Shown: positions 41,675-55,822 of the stretch, piece by piece
Layout of the letters: every line of letters begins with the position of its first letter
Position numbering within the stretch: position 1 is the stretch's first letter
NCBI GenBank assembly: GCA_964202905.1
Contig: CAXNJO010000002.1
Span: 576,001-640,000, forward strand
Direction of reading: 5' to 3'
Length of the DNA stretch: 64,000 nucleotides
Source: Polyangiales bacterium
Lineage (GTDB): Bacteria > Myxococcota_A > Polyangia > Polyangiales > JADJQN01
Notes under the pieces: model-generated
Database searches by the model: none
Told to the model about the DNA's origin: nothing
Seen by the model: the letters and a program-made list of their open reading frames with translations, nothing else
Translations under genes and position numbers: made by a program

Positions 41675-41815
41675 ATGGGTCTCCCTGACATGTTCGGCGT
41701 CCGGGGAGGCAGCCTCTCGATCCAGCTCGCGAGCGAGCATGCGCTCGCGTCTGGGCGGAGTGTGGCGTTCGCGGGGGTCGACCGGGACGACCCGCGCCTC
41801 GGGGCGCCCAGCTGA
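41675..41815 (+). CDS. Possible 46-aa small protein
   Basis: GGAGGT ribosome-binding site 5 nt before the ATG; MGLPDMFGVRGG...GAPS*. Confidence 0.3.
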   Translation: MGLPDMFGVRGGSLSIQLASEHALASGRSVAFAGVDRDDPRLGAPS

Positions 41816-41993
41816 GTACAGCCCAACCAAGCTATCCCCGCTGACGCGGGCTTGCACAGGCACAGGCCCCGTCGGGGCGGCATGAACGGGGCCCGCCACG
41901 CGAAGGCGCCGCGAATCACATGCCGCGGATGAGGCACCGGCGTAGGGCGCCAAGGCCCGACGTTCGGGAGCAGCCTCGGGAGTGCAAGACGAA

Positions 41994-42069
<76 letters not shown>

Positions 42070-42378
42070 AGAGCGACGGCGGTTCTAGCGAGGTTGTCCG
42101 GGACAGTCAAGCTTCGGAACGCTTGCCTCGGGGAGGTGCGGGGGTTGTGGAAGCGGGGGGGCGTGCGCAAGATGGCCGCGTCGTGAACGGCCCCTCCCCC
42201 CAGCCTCCAGCGCGCACGCGGCCCCAACGCCGGTGCCGCGCAGCGTCTCTGAGGCCGGGGCGCCCCCCTCCCCCCGACGCGCTCTGCCCGCACCCGAGCC
42301 CTACGGCTGGGCCACCGCGTCGCACCAACGCGCCTCGCCGCGCCATCCTCCTCACCCTCCAGACGTACTGAGGTCCCG

Positions 42379-42642
42379 ATGAACCACGAGCCCATCTCGT
42401 CCCGCATCCTGCAACTCCTCTCGTCGCAATCGCTCACGCAAGCCGCGCTCGCGCGCCGCGCCGGCATGGACACCGCGCTCCTCAACCGGAAACTCAAGGG
42501 ACACCGCCGCTTCCGGCGCGTCGAGCTCGAGTGGATCGCCGGCGCGCTCGGGCTGACGCTGGCCACCATCGTCAGCGGGACGGACTTCGACGAGCCGCGT
42601 GACGTCTCCGCGCCGACGCGCGCGGACGACACCGCTATCTGA
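42379..42642 (+). CDS. XRE-family HTH protein
   Basis: LTQAALARRAGMD..LNRKLKG..IAGALG; GAGGT ribosome-binding site. Confidence 0.8.
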   Translation: MNHEPISSRILQLLSSQSLTQAALARRAGMDTALLNRKLKGHRRFRRVELEWIAGALGLTLATIVSGTDFDEPRDVSAPTRADDTAI

Positions 42643-43786
42643 CGGTCGACGGACCGGCCAGCCGCCACACACCGAACCCGGACCCGCCCGAGTCCGTCTC
42701 CCAGCGACGGGCGCCGTCCACGTCCGGCGGCGCGAGGCGCAACACCGTGCCCTCCACGGGCGGGAGCGCGTCGCCGACCCTCTGAACGAGACCGTCCCGC
42801 GCGCCGCCCGGGACGGTCAGCCGCCCGCGCACACCGCCCGAGTCGATCTCGACGTCGGTGACGAGCAGGCCTCCCTCCCAGCGCGTGGCCACGCTGCGCG
42901 CCACGCCGCGGATCCCGGCGTCCGCACGCGCGGTCGTCGCGGTCGGGCCAGCCCAGGGCGCAGCGATCAGGAATCCGAGCACGACGAGCGCCCGGCGCGC
43001 GGTGCGCCTGCGCGAGGACATCGCGAGCCCCAGGACCAGGAGCGCGAAGAGCGCCGCGGGGAGGCGCGTGCGTGCGCGCCACGACGCGCGTGCGCCGCCA
43101 CCGGAGACGCCACAACCCGCGCCGGTCGCGAACGGCGCGTCGAGCATCTCGTCCGCGTAGATCGCGCGGACACCCGCCTCGTCGTCGGCCGCGATCGTCC
43201 GGGCCGCCGTCTCCCCGAGCGCGAGGCGCGGCCACATGGTGGCCGCCGGATCGTCCATCGACTCCCCGAGCCCGAGCACGTGCCCGGACTCGTGCGTGAG
43301 CAGCGAGGCGAGATCGTAGCGGCGACGGTCGCGCCCGGCGGGCGGCTCGGCGATCAGCTGCACGTTGCGCGAATCCTCGACGAGGATGTCGGCGTCGAGG
43401 AGGACGCCGTCGTCCTGCCGGTACGTGCTGACGGTCACCGCGAGCGCCGTGCCACCGATCGGCAGGCGCGCGACGCGGTAGGCGCCATTCTCGTTGGTGC
43501 CCGCCGGCGCATACCCCGGCGCGCGTTGCGTCTCGCCCTCGAGCGCGAGGACGGGGACGCCCTCGATGCCGCCCCACGCGCCGAAGGCGATGCGACCTGC
43601 CTCCAGCGACTCCGCGGCGTTTCCGCCGAGCGTGGGGTCGACGCGCATCGGGACTTGCGCGATCGACCAGCGCACCGGCAAACCGCCCACCGTGAAACGC
43701 TGTGTGTAGGCGCGCGTCGGGGCGGGCGCGACGCCCAGCACGACCCACGCGAGCGCGGCAGCGACGACGAGTCGACGGAGCGTCAT
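42635..43786 (-). CDS. Matrixin-like secreted zinc metalloprotease
   Basis: Signal peptide; YDLASLLTHESGHVLGLGE; Met-turn ATMWP; GC-sorting-like segment followed by a TM helix. Confidence 0.8.
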   Translation of the reverse strand: MTLRRLVVAAALAWVVLGVAPAPTRAYTQRFTVGGLPVRWSIAQVPMRVDPTLGGNAAESLEAGRIAFGAWGGIEGVPVLALEGETQRAPGYAPAGTNENGAYRVARLPIGGTALAVTVSTYRQDDGVLLDADILVEDSRNVQLIAEPPAGRDRRRYDLASLLTHESGHVLGLGESMDDPAATMWPRLALGETAARTIAADDEAGVRAIYADEMLDAPFATGAGCGVSGGGARASWRARTRLPAALFALLVLGLAMSSRRRTARRALVVLGFLIAAPWAGPTATTARADAGIRGVARSVATRWEGGLLVTDVEIDSGGVRGRLTVPGGARDGLVQRVGDALPPVEGTVLRLAPPDVDGARRWETDSGGSGFGVWRLAGPSTVR

Positions 43787-43871
43787 CACGTTGCACATAC
43801 GGTAGCCCAACACCCCGACTTGCGGTGGACGAACTCCTGCGGCTACGAAATCGCGTCTGGTATGGTCGCGC

Positions 43872-44799
43872 ATGGCCCTCGAAGCGCCCCGCTCCCGCGC
43901 CTCCCGCACCGTCCACCGCAAGCGCGCGATGTCCGAGGACGGTACGCACCTCTCGTACGAGGTCATCGGCGAGGGCCCGCGCACCCTGCTGCTCGCCAAC
44001 GGGCTCGGCGGGCGCCTCTACGCCTGGGACCCGCTGATCGACGCGCTCGCCGACGAATATCGGTTTGATCACCTGGGATTATCGGGGCCTCTTCGACTCG
44101 GGCACGCCGGCCTCGCGGCGCCGCCTCTCGCTCGTCGATCACGTCGGCGACGCGCGCGCGATCCTCCGCGCCGAGGCCTGCGAACGCGCGGTCTTCGTGG
44201 GCTGGAGCATGGGCGTGCAGGTCTCGCTCGACCTCGCCGCGACGCACCCCGAGCTCTGCGCGGGGCTCGTGCTCCTCAACGGCACCTACGGCCACACCCT
44301 CTCGAGCGGCTTCCAACCTTTCGTCTCGCTGCCCGGGCTGCCACGCCTCATGCACTTCGCCATCGAGGCCGCGCACGGACAGCCGGCGCTCCTCGGTTGG
44401 CTCGCGCAGCTCGCGCGGCTCGGCGAGCTCCCCGCGACGGCGCTCTTCGCGATCACGGCGGGCGCGCGCAGCCTCGCGCTGCGCCCCGTCCTGCGCCGCT
44501 ACATGGACGACGTGCTCGGCGCGAGCTTCGACAATTACCTACGCCTCTTCCAGGAGCTCGACGCGCACAGCGTCTACCACCTGCTCCCCGAGATCACGGC
44601 CCCCACGCTGGTCGTGAGCGGCCTGCTCGACCTGCTCACGCCCGCGCGCCAGTCGTGGGAGATCCACCTCCGCCTGCACGACTCACGGCACCTCGCGCTC
44701 GTGCGTGCGTCGCACTTCGCGCTGCTCGAGCGCCCGGACGTCGTCGTCCCCGCGCTGCGCACCTTCCTCGCGGAACGTGCGCAGTTCGACGCGCGCTGA
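43872..44799 (+). CDS. Alpha/beta hydrolase, frameshift at the T-run about 44064-44066
   Basis: LLLANGLGG (frame 1) then ITWDYRG, GWSMG, SHF (frame 2). Confidence 0.85.
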
Positions 44800-44815
44800 C
44801 GGCCTCCGCGCGCGC

Positions 44816-47293
<2,478 letters not shown>

Positions 47294-47349
47294 CGCGCGC
47301 GACCATAGCAGCCCGCGGTGACCGTGCGCGGCGTGCTAAGGCTCGGCCC

Positions 47350-48131
<782 letters not shown>

Positions 48132-48135
<4 letters not shown>

Positions 48136-48878
48136 GCACGCGCGCGACGCTGCGGGAGTGGCTGGCCGCGGGGCCGTACACGCTCGCGATGTCGAGCGGC
48201 TTCTTCGGGTTCTACGCGCACGCGGGCGTGGTGTCGGTGCTCGAAGAGGAGCGACTCCTGCCTGCGCGCGTGAGCGGCTCGAGCGCGGGCGCCCTCGTCG
48301 GAGGCGCGCACGCCGCCGGGCTCTCGAGCGCACGACTCGGCGACGCGCTGTTCTCGCTGCGGCGCGAAGATTTCTGGGATCCGGCGCCCGGCGCGGGGCT
48401 GCTGCGCGGGCGGCTCTTCCGCGCGCGCCTCGAGTCGCTGCTCCCAGCGCGCGACTTCGCCGAGTGCGCCGTCCCGCTCCACGTCAGCGTCTTCTCCGTC
48501 CTCTCGCGGCAGACGCGCGTGCTCGGCGGCGCCGGCCCGCTCGCCGCGGCGATCCACGCGTCGTGCGCGGTGCCCTTCATGTTCCAGCCCGTGTGGATCG
48601 GCGGGCGACCGTACGTCGATGGCGGCGTGGCCGATCGACCGGGCCTCGCGGGCACCGCCCACGGCGACCGCGTGCTCTACCACCACCTCTCGAGCCGCTC
48701 GCCCTGGCGCCGCCCAGGGAGTCCGTCGCTGCGCGTCCCGGCGCGCGATGGGCTCGTGCCCCTCGTGCTCGCGGGCCTCCCGCGCGTCGGGCCGTTCCGC
48801 CTCCACGAAGGGCCGCGCGCCTTCGACGTCGCGCGCCGCGCCACGCGCGCCGCCCTCGACGCGCCGCACGCACGCTGA
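48132..48878 (+). CDS. Patatin-like phospholipase
   Basis: [22 protein letters not shown]. Confidence 0.88.
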
Positions 48879-48940
48879 ACGTCTGGTCTTTCCGCGGCGA
48901 CGCGTGGGACACTCGCGTCCCTCACCGGGAGACCCAGCCC

Positions 48941-50893
48941 ATGTCGCAGCCGTCGATCGAGAGCGTGTCGCGCGAGTCGCGCGTGTTCGCACCGCAAGAG
49001 GCCTTCGCCCGCGCCGCGCGCGTCCCCTCTCGGGAGGCGTACGAGGCGATGTACCGGAGGAGCGTCGAGCAGCCCGACGCCTTCTGGCTCGAGCTCGCGC
49101 AGGAGCTGCACTGGTTCCGCGCGCCGACGAAGGGCCTCGATTGGAGCCGCGCGCCGCACGCGACGTGGTTCGAGGACGGCACCACGAACCTCGCCTTCAA
49201 CTGCCTCGATCGCCACCTCGACGGGCCGCGCCGCAACAAGGCCGCGATCCTCTTCGAGGGCGAGCCCGGCGACGTCCGCACGCTCACGTACCAGCAGTTG
49301 CACCGCGAGGTCTGCCGCTTCGCGAACGTGCTCGAGAAGCTCGGCGTGGCCTCCGGCGATCGCGTCGCGATCTACATGGGCATGGTCCCCGAGGCCGTGA
49401 TCGCGATGCTCGCCTGCGCGCGCATCGGCGCGATCCACACGGTGATCTTCGGCGGCTTCGCGGCCGAAGCCGTGCGCGATCGCGTCAACGACGCGCAGGC
49501 GAAGCTTGTCATCACACAAGATGGTGCCTGGCGCCGCGGCAGCGTCGTGCCGCTCAAGGAGAACGTCGATCGCGCGCTCGCCGAGACGCCGAGCGTCACG
49601 CACACGGTCGTGCTGCGCCGCACGGGTCACGACATCGCGATGAGCCCGGGGCGCGATCATTGGTGGCACGACATCGTCGAGGCCGTCACCGCGAAGCACG
49701 AGGCGCCCGCGCTCCCCGCCGAGCACCCGCTCTTCATCCTCTACACCTCGGGCACGACGGGGAAGCCGAAGGGCGTCCTGCACACGACGGGCGGCTACAT
49801 GGTCGGCGCGTACGCGACGAGCCGCTACGTCTTCGACCTGCGGGACGACGACACGTACTGGTGCACCGCCGACGTCGGCTGGGTCACGGGCCACAGCTAC
49901 ATCACGTACGGCCCGCTCGCGAACGGCGCGACGTGCGTGCTCTACGAGGGCGCGCCGAACCAGCCGGATCCCGGGCGTTTCTGGTCGATCATCGAGCGCT
50001 GGGGCGTGACGATCCTCTACACCGCGCCGACCGCGATCCGCGCGTTCGTGAAGTGGGGCGACCAATACCCGCTCAAGCACGATCTCCGCTCGCTGCGGCT
50101 CCTCGGCACGGTCGGCGAGCCCATCAACCCCGAGGCGTGGATGTGGTACCGCAGCGTCGTCGGCGGCGACCGCTGCCCCATCGTCGACACGTGGTGGCAG
50201 ACGGAAACGGGCGCGATCATGATGACGCCGCTCCCCGGCGCGGTGCCCACGAAGCCCGGCAGCTGCACGGTCCCCTTCTTCGGCGTGGTGCCGAAGGTGC
50301 TCCGCGAGGACGGCAGCGAGGCCGGCCCGAACGAGGGCGGCCTCCTCGTGGTCGAGCGGCCGTGGCCCTCGATGATGCGGACGATCTGGGGTGACGACGC
50401 GCGCTTCAAGGACACGTATTTCTCGCGTTTTCCGGGCATTTACTTCACCGGAGACGGCGCGCGCCGCGACGACGACGGCTACTTCTGGGTGATGGGTCGC
50501 GTCGACGACGTGGTGAACGTCGCGGGGCATCGGCTCGGCACCGCCGAGATCGAGAGCGCGCTCGTCTCGCACCGCAGCGTCGCGGAGGCGGCCGTCGTCG
50601 GGCGGCCCGACGCGATGAAGGGACAGGCGCTCGTCGCGTTCGTCACGGTGAAGTCGGGCGAGCAGCCCACGGCCGAGTTGAAGGCGAAACTCCTCGACCA
50701 CGTCGCGCAGGAGATCGGCAAGTTCGCGCGCCCCGACGACATCCGCTTCACCGACACGCTGCCGAAGACGCGCAGCGGCAAGATCATGCGGCGGCTGTTG
50801 AAGGAGATCGCGAGCGGCGGCGAGGTGACGGGCGACATGACGACCCTCGAGGACCTCTCCGTGCTCGCGCGGCTGCGCGCCGACGACGCGTGA
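48941..50893 (+). CDS. acs: Acetyl-CoA synthetase
   Basis: [38 protein letters not shown]. Confidence 0.97.
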   Translation: MSQPSIESVSRESRVFAPQEAFARAARVPSREAYEAMYRRSVEQPDAFWLELAQELHWFRAPTKGLDWSRAPHATWFEDGTTNLAFNCLDRHLDGPRRNKAAILFEGEPGDVRTLTYQQLHREVCRFANVLEKLGVASGDRVAIYMGMVPEAVIAMLACARIGAIHTVIFGGFAAEAVRDRVNDAQAKLVITQDGAWRRGSVVPLKENVDRALAETPSVTHTVVLRRTGHDIAMSPGRDHWWHDIVEAVTAKHEAPALPAEHPLFILYTSGTTGKPKGVLHTTGGYMVGAYATSRYVFDLRDDDTYWCTADVGWVTGHSYITYGPLANGATCVLYEGAPNQPDPGRFWSIIERWGVTILYTAPTAIRAFVKWGDQYPLKHDLRSLRLLGTVGEPINPEAWMWYRSVVGGDRCPIVDTWWQTETGAIMMTPLPGAVPTKPGSCTVPFFGVVPKVLREDGSEAGPNEGGLLVVERPWPSMMRTIWGDDARFKDTYFSRFPGIYFTGDGARRDDDGYFWVMGRVDDVVNVAGHRLGTAEIESALVSHRSVAEAAVVGRPDAMKGQALVAFVTVKSGEQPTAELKAKLLDHVAQEIGKFARPDDIRFTDTLPKTRSGKIMRRLLKEIASGGEVTGDMTTLEDLSVLARLRADDA

Positions 50894-51002
50894 GCGCCGA
50901 CGACGCGTGAGCGCCGTGCGCGCGGAGGGGGGCGGCGTGATGTCCGCGCGCATCCCCCGACGCGCAGCGACACGACACGCAGCGACGCGACACGCAGCGC
51001 CG
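50877..51002. repeat. 17-bp duplication of the acs 3' end plus three 15-bp repeats
   Basis: GCGCCGACGACGCGTGA x2 (50877-50910); CGAC(A/G)CGCAGCG(A/C)C(A/G) x3 (50958-51002). Confidence 0.75.
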
Positions 51003-51029
51003 CGCCCCCCCGAGGAGGGCGCGGCGCCT

Positions 51030-53111
51030 TCAATCGAGCCAGCGCGCGGCCGCGACGAGCGGCGCGAGCGCCGTGCGCACCACCGCGCGGCGCGCGTCGT
51101 CGTCGCGCACCCACGCGGCGAGCGCAGGCCCGACGGCGTAGTAGGCCCGCACGAGCGCGCGCCCCGGAGCGTTCGTCAAGAGGTGGCGATCGCGCAGGCG
51201 GCGCAGCGCGCGGATCTCCGGCGCGAACGGCGTGCCGTGCGCGGCGGTCGCGACGAAACACGGAGAGACGACGGTGAACGAGATCGGCGTCGTCGTGACC
51301 TCGCCCACCGCGATAGGCGACGCCTCGCCGCACGCGTCGAGCGCGCGTACGCCCACGACGTAACGCGTCTGCGGTTCGAGCCCGCCGAGGTCGAAGGTGA
51401 TCGCCTCGCCCGGCGCGGCCGTGATCGGCACGCGCAGCGCGACGCTGTCCGTGACGGGTGCCTTGGCCGGCAGCGCGCGCAAAAACGACGCGAGGTCGGT
51501 GATCGGCGCCGTGCCGACGCGCACCTCGTAGGCCGTCACGCCGACGTCGTCCGCCGGCGCGACGAACCACGCGCGCGCGAACCGGTGCGAGTCGCGATCG
51601 TCCGGGTGCGTCTCCACGACCAGCCCCGTGAGCGCGCCCGGCGGCGCGTTGCCCGCGGCGCACTGGCAGATGATCCCGCTGGTGCACGGCGAGGGCGGCG
51701 GCGCACACGCGGGCCGCGGATCGCCCGGCACGCAGGGCTCTGCGCACGCCGGCCGCGCGTCGCCCGCCACGCACGGTTCCGCGCACGCTGGCCGCGCGTC
51801 GCCCGCCACGCACGGCGCCGCGCACTCCGGCCGCGCGTCGCCCGCCACGCACGGCGCCGCGCACTCCGGCCGCGCGTCGCCCGCCACGCACGGCGCCGCG
51901 CACTCCGGCCGCGCGTCGCCCTCGACGCACGGGAGCGGCCCGCCGGGATCCGCGCCGCGCGGACCGACGTACGTGACGCGCAGCCGGTGCCCGTGATCGC
52001 CGAGCAGGAGGCGGTCGGCGCCGCTGCCCGGTGCGCCCGCGGGATCGTCCGTGATCGCCGGGCCGATCGGCGTCAGGTCACCGCCCGCGTCGCCCTGTCC
52101 GCTGAGGCTGCCTGCGCCGTACGGCGCGCTCACCGTCCGCTCGCCCACCCAGCCGACGCGCACCGGCGCGGCGTACACGATCGACGGCTGCCCACGGTAC
52201 GGGTAGCCGAAGGTCATCGCCCAGTAGTCCCACATGGCCGCGGGCGCGCTCGGCGTCGGGTAGGCCGCGTCGTCGAAGGACACGTTGTAGTCACCCTCGA
52301 CGTGGACCTCGACGAAGACGACGTAGTCGCCATCGGGCACGCCGTCGGGCACGGTGTAAACGAAGGTCTGCGGCTCCCCGCCTGCCGCGGTCGCCATCGA
52401 CACCGCGTCGATCTCGGGCATGGCGGCGCGCGCATCGGCTGCGAAACCGAGGACGTCGCGGTGATCCGCGCAGCCGCTCCCGGTGCAGGCGGTGACGTCG
52501 CGGCGCGGCGGATAGGGCGAGTCGAGCGAGAGCGGCGCCATGCGCGCGGCCGGGTCCGCCTGCGGCTCCGCGTAGCCCGCAGTGACGTCGGCCTCGGTGA
52601 CGTAGCGGCCCTTGTCGCTGTTGAACAAGCTCGCGCACGCGACGGCGTCGAGCGCGTCGCGGCGGGTCGTCGCGTCGTTGAACGAGAGACAGAAATACGC
52701 GTCCGGCGTCGCGTCGTTGCTCGTACGCGACGCGAAGCCCTCCGACTCGCGGTCCTGAAAGATCACGCGACGGAAGGGCGCGGCCCCGGACGCGACGCGC
52801 CGGTGCGCCCAGACCGGGAGCACGCCCTCGCGGCGCCCATAAGGCCAGCGGAATCCACTGTTCATCTGCGAGGCGCCGGGGCGATTGCCGATGCCGCGCA
52901 GCGCCACCGCCTCGGTGAGACGCAGCGTGCGCACGAAGGTGCCGTCGCTGCGCTCGAGCCAGATGGCGACCTGCGCGCGCGACGTCGGGACGTAGTCGAT
53001 TTCGAGCAACCGCGGTGTCGCATCGCCCGGTCCCCCTGCCCGCGCGCGGGACGCAGGCACGAGGAGGGCGAACGTCGCGAGGGCGCAGAGCAGCGGGGCG
53101 CGGCGGAGCAT
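51030..53111 (-). CDS. Secreted protein with Cys-rich repeats, an FN3-like domain and a CFI-box-CTERM
   Basis: Signal peptide; QVAIWLE..GTFVRTL; CFVATAAHG..LRRLRD..L..GRALVRAYY..GP. Confidence 0.85.
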   Translation of the reverse strand: MLRRAPLLCALATFALLVPASRARAGGPGDATPRLLEIDYVPTSRAQVAIWLERSDGTFVRTLRLTEAVALRGIGNRPGASQMNSGFRWPYGRREGVLPVWAHRRVASGAAPFRRVIFQDRESEGFASRTSNDATPDAYFCLSFNDATTRRDALDAVACASLFNSDKGRYVTEADVTAGYAEPQADPAARMAPLSLDSPYPPRRDVTACTGSGCADHRDVLGFAADARAAMPEIDAVSMATAAGGEPQTFVYTVPDGVPDGDYVVFVEVHVEGDYNVSFDDAAYPTPSAPAAMWDYWAMTFGYPYRGQPSIVYAAPVRVGWVGERTVSAPYGAGSLSGQGDAGGDLTPIGPAITDDPAGAPGSGADRLLLGDHGHRLRVTYVGPRGADPGGPLPCVEGDARPECAAPCVAGDARPECAAPCVAGDARPECAAPCVAGDARPACAEPCVAGDARPACAEPCVPGDPRPACAPPPSPCTSGIICQCAAGNAPPGALTGLVVETHPDDRDSHRFARAWFVAPADDVGVTAYEVRVGTAPITDLASFLRALPAKAPVTDSVALRVPITAAPGEAITFDLGGLEPQTRYVVGVRALDACGEASPIAVGEVTTTPISFTVVSPCFVATAAHGTPFAPEIRALRRLRDRHLLTNAPGRALVRAYYAVGPALAAWVRDDDARRAVVRTALAPLVAAARWLD
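51700..51935 (-). repeat. Six 39-bp coding tandem repeats (PCVAGDARPECAA)
   Basis: 13-aa unit repeated six times in the ORF. Confidence 0.9.
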
Positions 53112-53247
53112 GGCGACCCGGATGCTAGCGCCGCGCGCGCCCGAGCAGAAGCGGACTGCGCGCGGCACTCGGCCGCTTCGAAACGCCGACGCCCCCGCTC
53201 ACGCCAGGTGGCGCGGACGGGGGCGCTGGAGAACGGCCTCTTGCGAC

Positions 53248-54588
53248 TCAGTAGCGGTAGTACTCGGGCTTGAACGGGCCCTGCGCCGGGACGCCGAGGT
53301 ACTCGGACTGCTTCGACGAGAGCGCCGTGAGCTTGGCGCCGAGCTTGCCGAGGTGCAGGCGCGCGACCTTCTCGTCGAGCGCCTTCGGAAGCACGTAGAC
53401 CTTGCCCGTCTCGTACTTCGCGGTCTCGGTGAAGAGCGTGATCTGCGCGAGCACCTGGTTCGAGAAGCTCGTCGACATGACGAAGCTCGGGTGCCCCGTG
53501 GCGCAACCGAGGTTCACGAGGCGGCCGCTCGCGAGCACGATGAGCTTCTTGCCGTCCGGGAACACGAAGTGGTCGACCTGCGGCTTGATGTTCTCGAGGC
53601 GCACGCCGTTCTTCGGGTCGTTCAGCGACGCGATCTCGATCTCGCTGTCGAAGTGGCCGATGTTGCAGAGGATCGCCTCGTTCTTCATCGCGGCCATGTG
53701 CGCGAACGTCACGACGTCGCAGCAGCCCGTCGCGGTGACGACGATGTCCGCGTTCGGCGCGGCCTCGTCCATCGTGACGACCTCGTAGCCCTCCATCGCC
53801 GCCTGCAGCGCGCAGATCGGATCGACCTCCGTGATCTGCACGCGCGCGCCGTAGCTGCGGAGCGAGGTCGCGCAGCCTTTGCCCACGTCGCCGTAGCCGC
53901 AGACCACGACGACCTTGCCCGCGAGCATGACGTCCGTCGCGCGCTTGATGCCGTCGACGAGCGACTCGCGGCAGCCGTAGAGGTTGTCGAACTTCGACTT
54001 CGTGACCGAGTCGTTGACGTTGATGGACGGGCAGAGGAGCTTGCCCTGCTTCGCCATGTCGTAGAGGCGGTGGACGCCCGTCGTCGTCTCTTCGCTGATG
54101 CCGCGGATGCCGTCGGGGCCCGCGAACATCTCGGGGTACTTGTTGTGGATGAGGACGGTGAGGTCACCGCCGTCGTCGAGGATCATGTTCGGCGCGCGGC
54201 CGTCCTTGAACGCTTTGAGCTGCTGCTCGAGGCACCACTCGTACTCGGCCTCGGTCTCACCCTTCCACGCGAACACGGGCACGCCGGTGGCCGCGGTCGC
54301 CGCCGCCGCCTGGTCCTGCGTCGAGAAGATGTTGCAGGAGGTCCAGGTGACCTCGGCGCCGAGCTCGACGAGCGTCTCGATGAGGACCGCGGTCTGGATC
54401 GTCATGTGGAGGCAGCCCGCGACGCGCGCGCCACGGAGCGGCTGCGCGTCCTTGAACTCCGCGCGGATCGCCATGAGGCCGGGCATCTCGGTCTCGGCGA
54501 TCGCGATCTCCTTGCGACCCCAGTCGGCGAGGGTGATGTCCGCGACCTTGTACTTGCCGACGACTGCGTTCTTCGATTCGGTGGCCAT
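53248..54588 (-). CDS. ahcY: Adenosylhomocysteinase
   Basis: [53 protein letters not shown]. Confidence 0.98.
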   Translation of the reverse strand: MATESKNAVVGKYKVADITLADWGRKEIAIAETEMPGLMAIRAEFKDAQPLRGARVAGCLHMTIQTAVLIETLVELGAEVTWTSCNIFSTQDQAAAATAATGVPVFAWKGETEAEYEWCLEQQLKAFKDGRAPNMILDDGGDLTVLIHNKYPEMFAGPDGIRGISEETTTGVHRLYDMAKQGKLLCPSINVNDSVTKSKFDNLYGCRESLVDGIKRATDVMLAGKVVVVCGYGDVGKGCATSLRSYGARVQITEVDPICALQAAMEGYEVVTMDEAAPNADIVVTATGCCDVVTFAHMAAMKNEAILCNIGHFDSEIEIASLNDPKNGVRLENIKPQVDHFVFPDGKKLIVLASGRLVNLGCATGHPSFVMSTSFSNQVLAQITLFTETAKYETGKVYVLPKALDEKVARLHLGKLGAKLTALSSKQSEYLGVPAQGPFKPEYYRY

Positions 54589-54684
54589 CTTCGTCTCCAT
54601 CGTGAGTGGGCGCGACGGGCGTCGCGCGGGGGCTTCGGGTCGGTGGGGGCCGTGCGCGGCGAGCGCGCGCGGGTTCGGCGCGCC

Positions 54685-55758
54685 TCAGCGGCGCGCGGAC
54701 GTCTTGCGGGAAGCAGCGCGGCGCGGCGCAGCCTCGGGGGCGGCCTCCGCCGCAGGGCGCGCGGCCACGAGGACCTGCCACGCGAGGTGCTTGTCGGGAC
54801 CCTGGCCGTTGCGCGCCGAGGGGATGGCCGTGATCGACGGCGCGACGAGGCCCGCGGCCTGCGCGAGGCGCGCGAGCTCGGCGGGCGTGAAGCCGAGCCA
54901 CACATCCGCCTGCTCGGCGCGCAGCCGCTCGTCGTCGTGCGTGGCGTAATCGATCACGACGACGTGACCGCCCGGCCGCGCGAGCGACGCGAGGGCCTTC
55001 ATCGCGACGCCCGGCTTCGGCGCGTGGTGCAGCACCCGCGACGCGAAGACGACGTCGGCGCCGCCCGCCGCGCCCGCGAGGCGTCGCACCGCCGCGCGCA
55101 CCTCGCTGCCGTCGAGCGCACCGCGCACGAGCGTGACGTTCTCGTAGCCGCGACGCGCGACGCGCTCCTGCGCGCGGGCGAGCTGCGCCTCTTCGCGATC
55201 GACGGCGACGACGCGCGCGAAGACCGGCGCGAGCACGTCGAGCAGGCTGCCGTCGCCGGTGCCCGCGTCGAGCGCGAGGGCGCGCCGCGGGATGAGTGGC
55301 GCGAGCGCCGTGAGGTACGCGGGCAGCTCCGGCGGGAGCTGGGCGAGGGCCGCAGCGTCCCGCGGGCGCGCGAAATGCTCGCGCGTCGCGAGCTCACGCG
55401 CGCCGACGACCTCCGCGACCCGCGCGAGCGAGCCGTCCTCCTCCGCGAGCGCGCGCCCCTCGCGCAGGGCGTCCGCGACGACCGCGTCGCCGCGCGCCGC
55501 CTCGGGCAGGAACACGAACACCCGCGTCCCCTGCTTGCGCTCCGCGAGCAGGCCGGCCTTGCGCATCGTGCCGACTTGCCGCGACACGTTGGGCTGCGGC
55601 TCGCCGAGCAGCTCCGCGAGTTCCCCGATGGCGAGCTCCTCCGCGGCCGCGAGCGCGAGCAGGCGCAGTCGGACGGGCTCTCCGAGGAGGCGGTAGAGCT
55701 CCCAACGCGCGCCCGTGCCGCTCGCCGCGCTCGCCGTGCCGGGGGTGCCGCCGTCCAT
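54685..55758 (-). CDS. sahR: ArsR-HTH + SAM-methyltransferase-fold regulator (SahR-like)
   Basis: LGEPVRLRLL..QPNVSRQ (ArsR), LDAGTGDG, VLHH..P, WLGF; directly upstream of ahcY. Confidence 0.85.
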   Translation of the reverse strand: MDGGTPGTASAASGTGARWELYRLLGEPVRLRLLALAAAEELAIGELAELLGEPQPNVSRQVGTMRKAGLLAERKQGTRVFVFLPEAARGDAVVADALREGRALAEEDGSLARVAEVVGARELATREHFARPRDAAALAQLPPELPAYLTALAPLIPRRALALDAGTGDGSLLDVLAPVFARVVAVDREEAQLARAQERVARRGYENVTLVRGALDGSEVRAAVRRLAGAAGGADVVFASRVLHHAPKPGVAMKALASLARPGGHVVVIDYATHDDERLRAEQADVWLGFTPAELARLAQAAGLVAPSITAIPSARNGQGPDKHLAWQVLVAARPAAEAAPEAAPRRAASRKTSARR

Positions 55759-55767
55759 TGGGCCCTG

Positions 55768-55791
55768 GTCTATGCGAACATGCGCATAGAC
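55768..55791. promoter_or_regulatory. Palindromic operator lying across the sahR promoter
   Basis: GTCTATGCG-N6-CGCATAGAC; minus strand reads TTGCGT-N17-TAGACC-N8-ATG. Confidence 0.7.
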
Positions 55792-55822
55792 GCAAGGACG
55801 GCTGCGACGCCGGCGTGCGTCG

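Noticed and set aside
51700..51935. Regular repeats as a CRISPR array
   Set aside because: No unique spacers; the 39-bp units are in-frame coding repeats; no cas genes in the window.
54600..54685. SAH riboswitch upstream of ahcY
   Set aside because: No recognisable SAH riboswitch core; regulation is explained by SahR and its palindrome.
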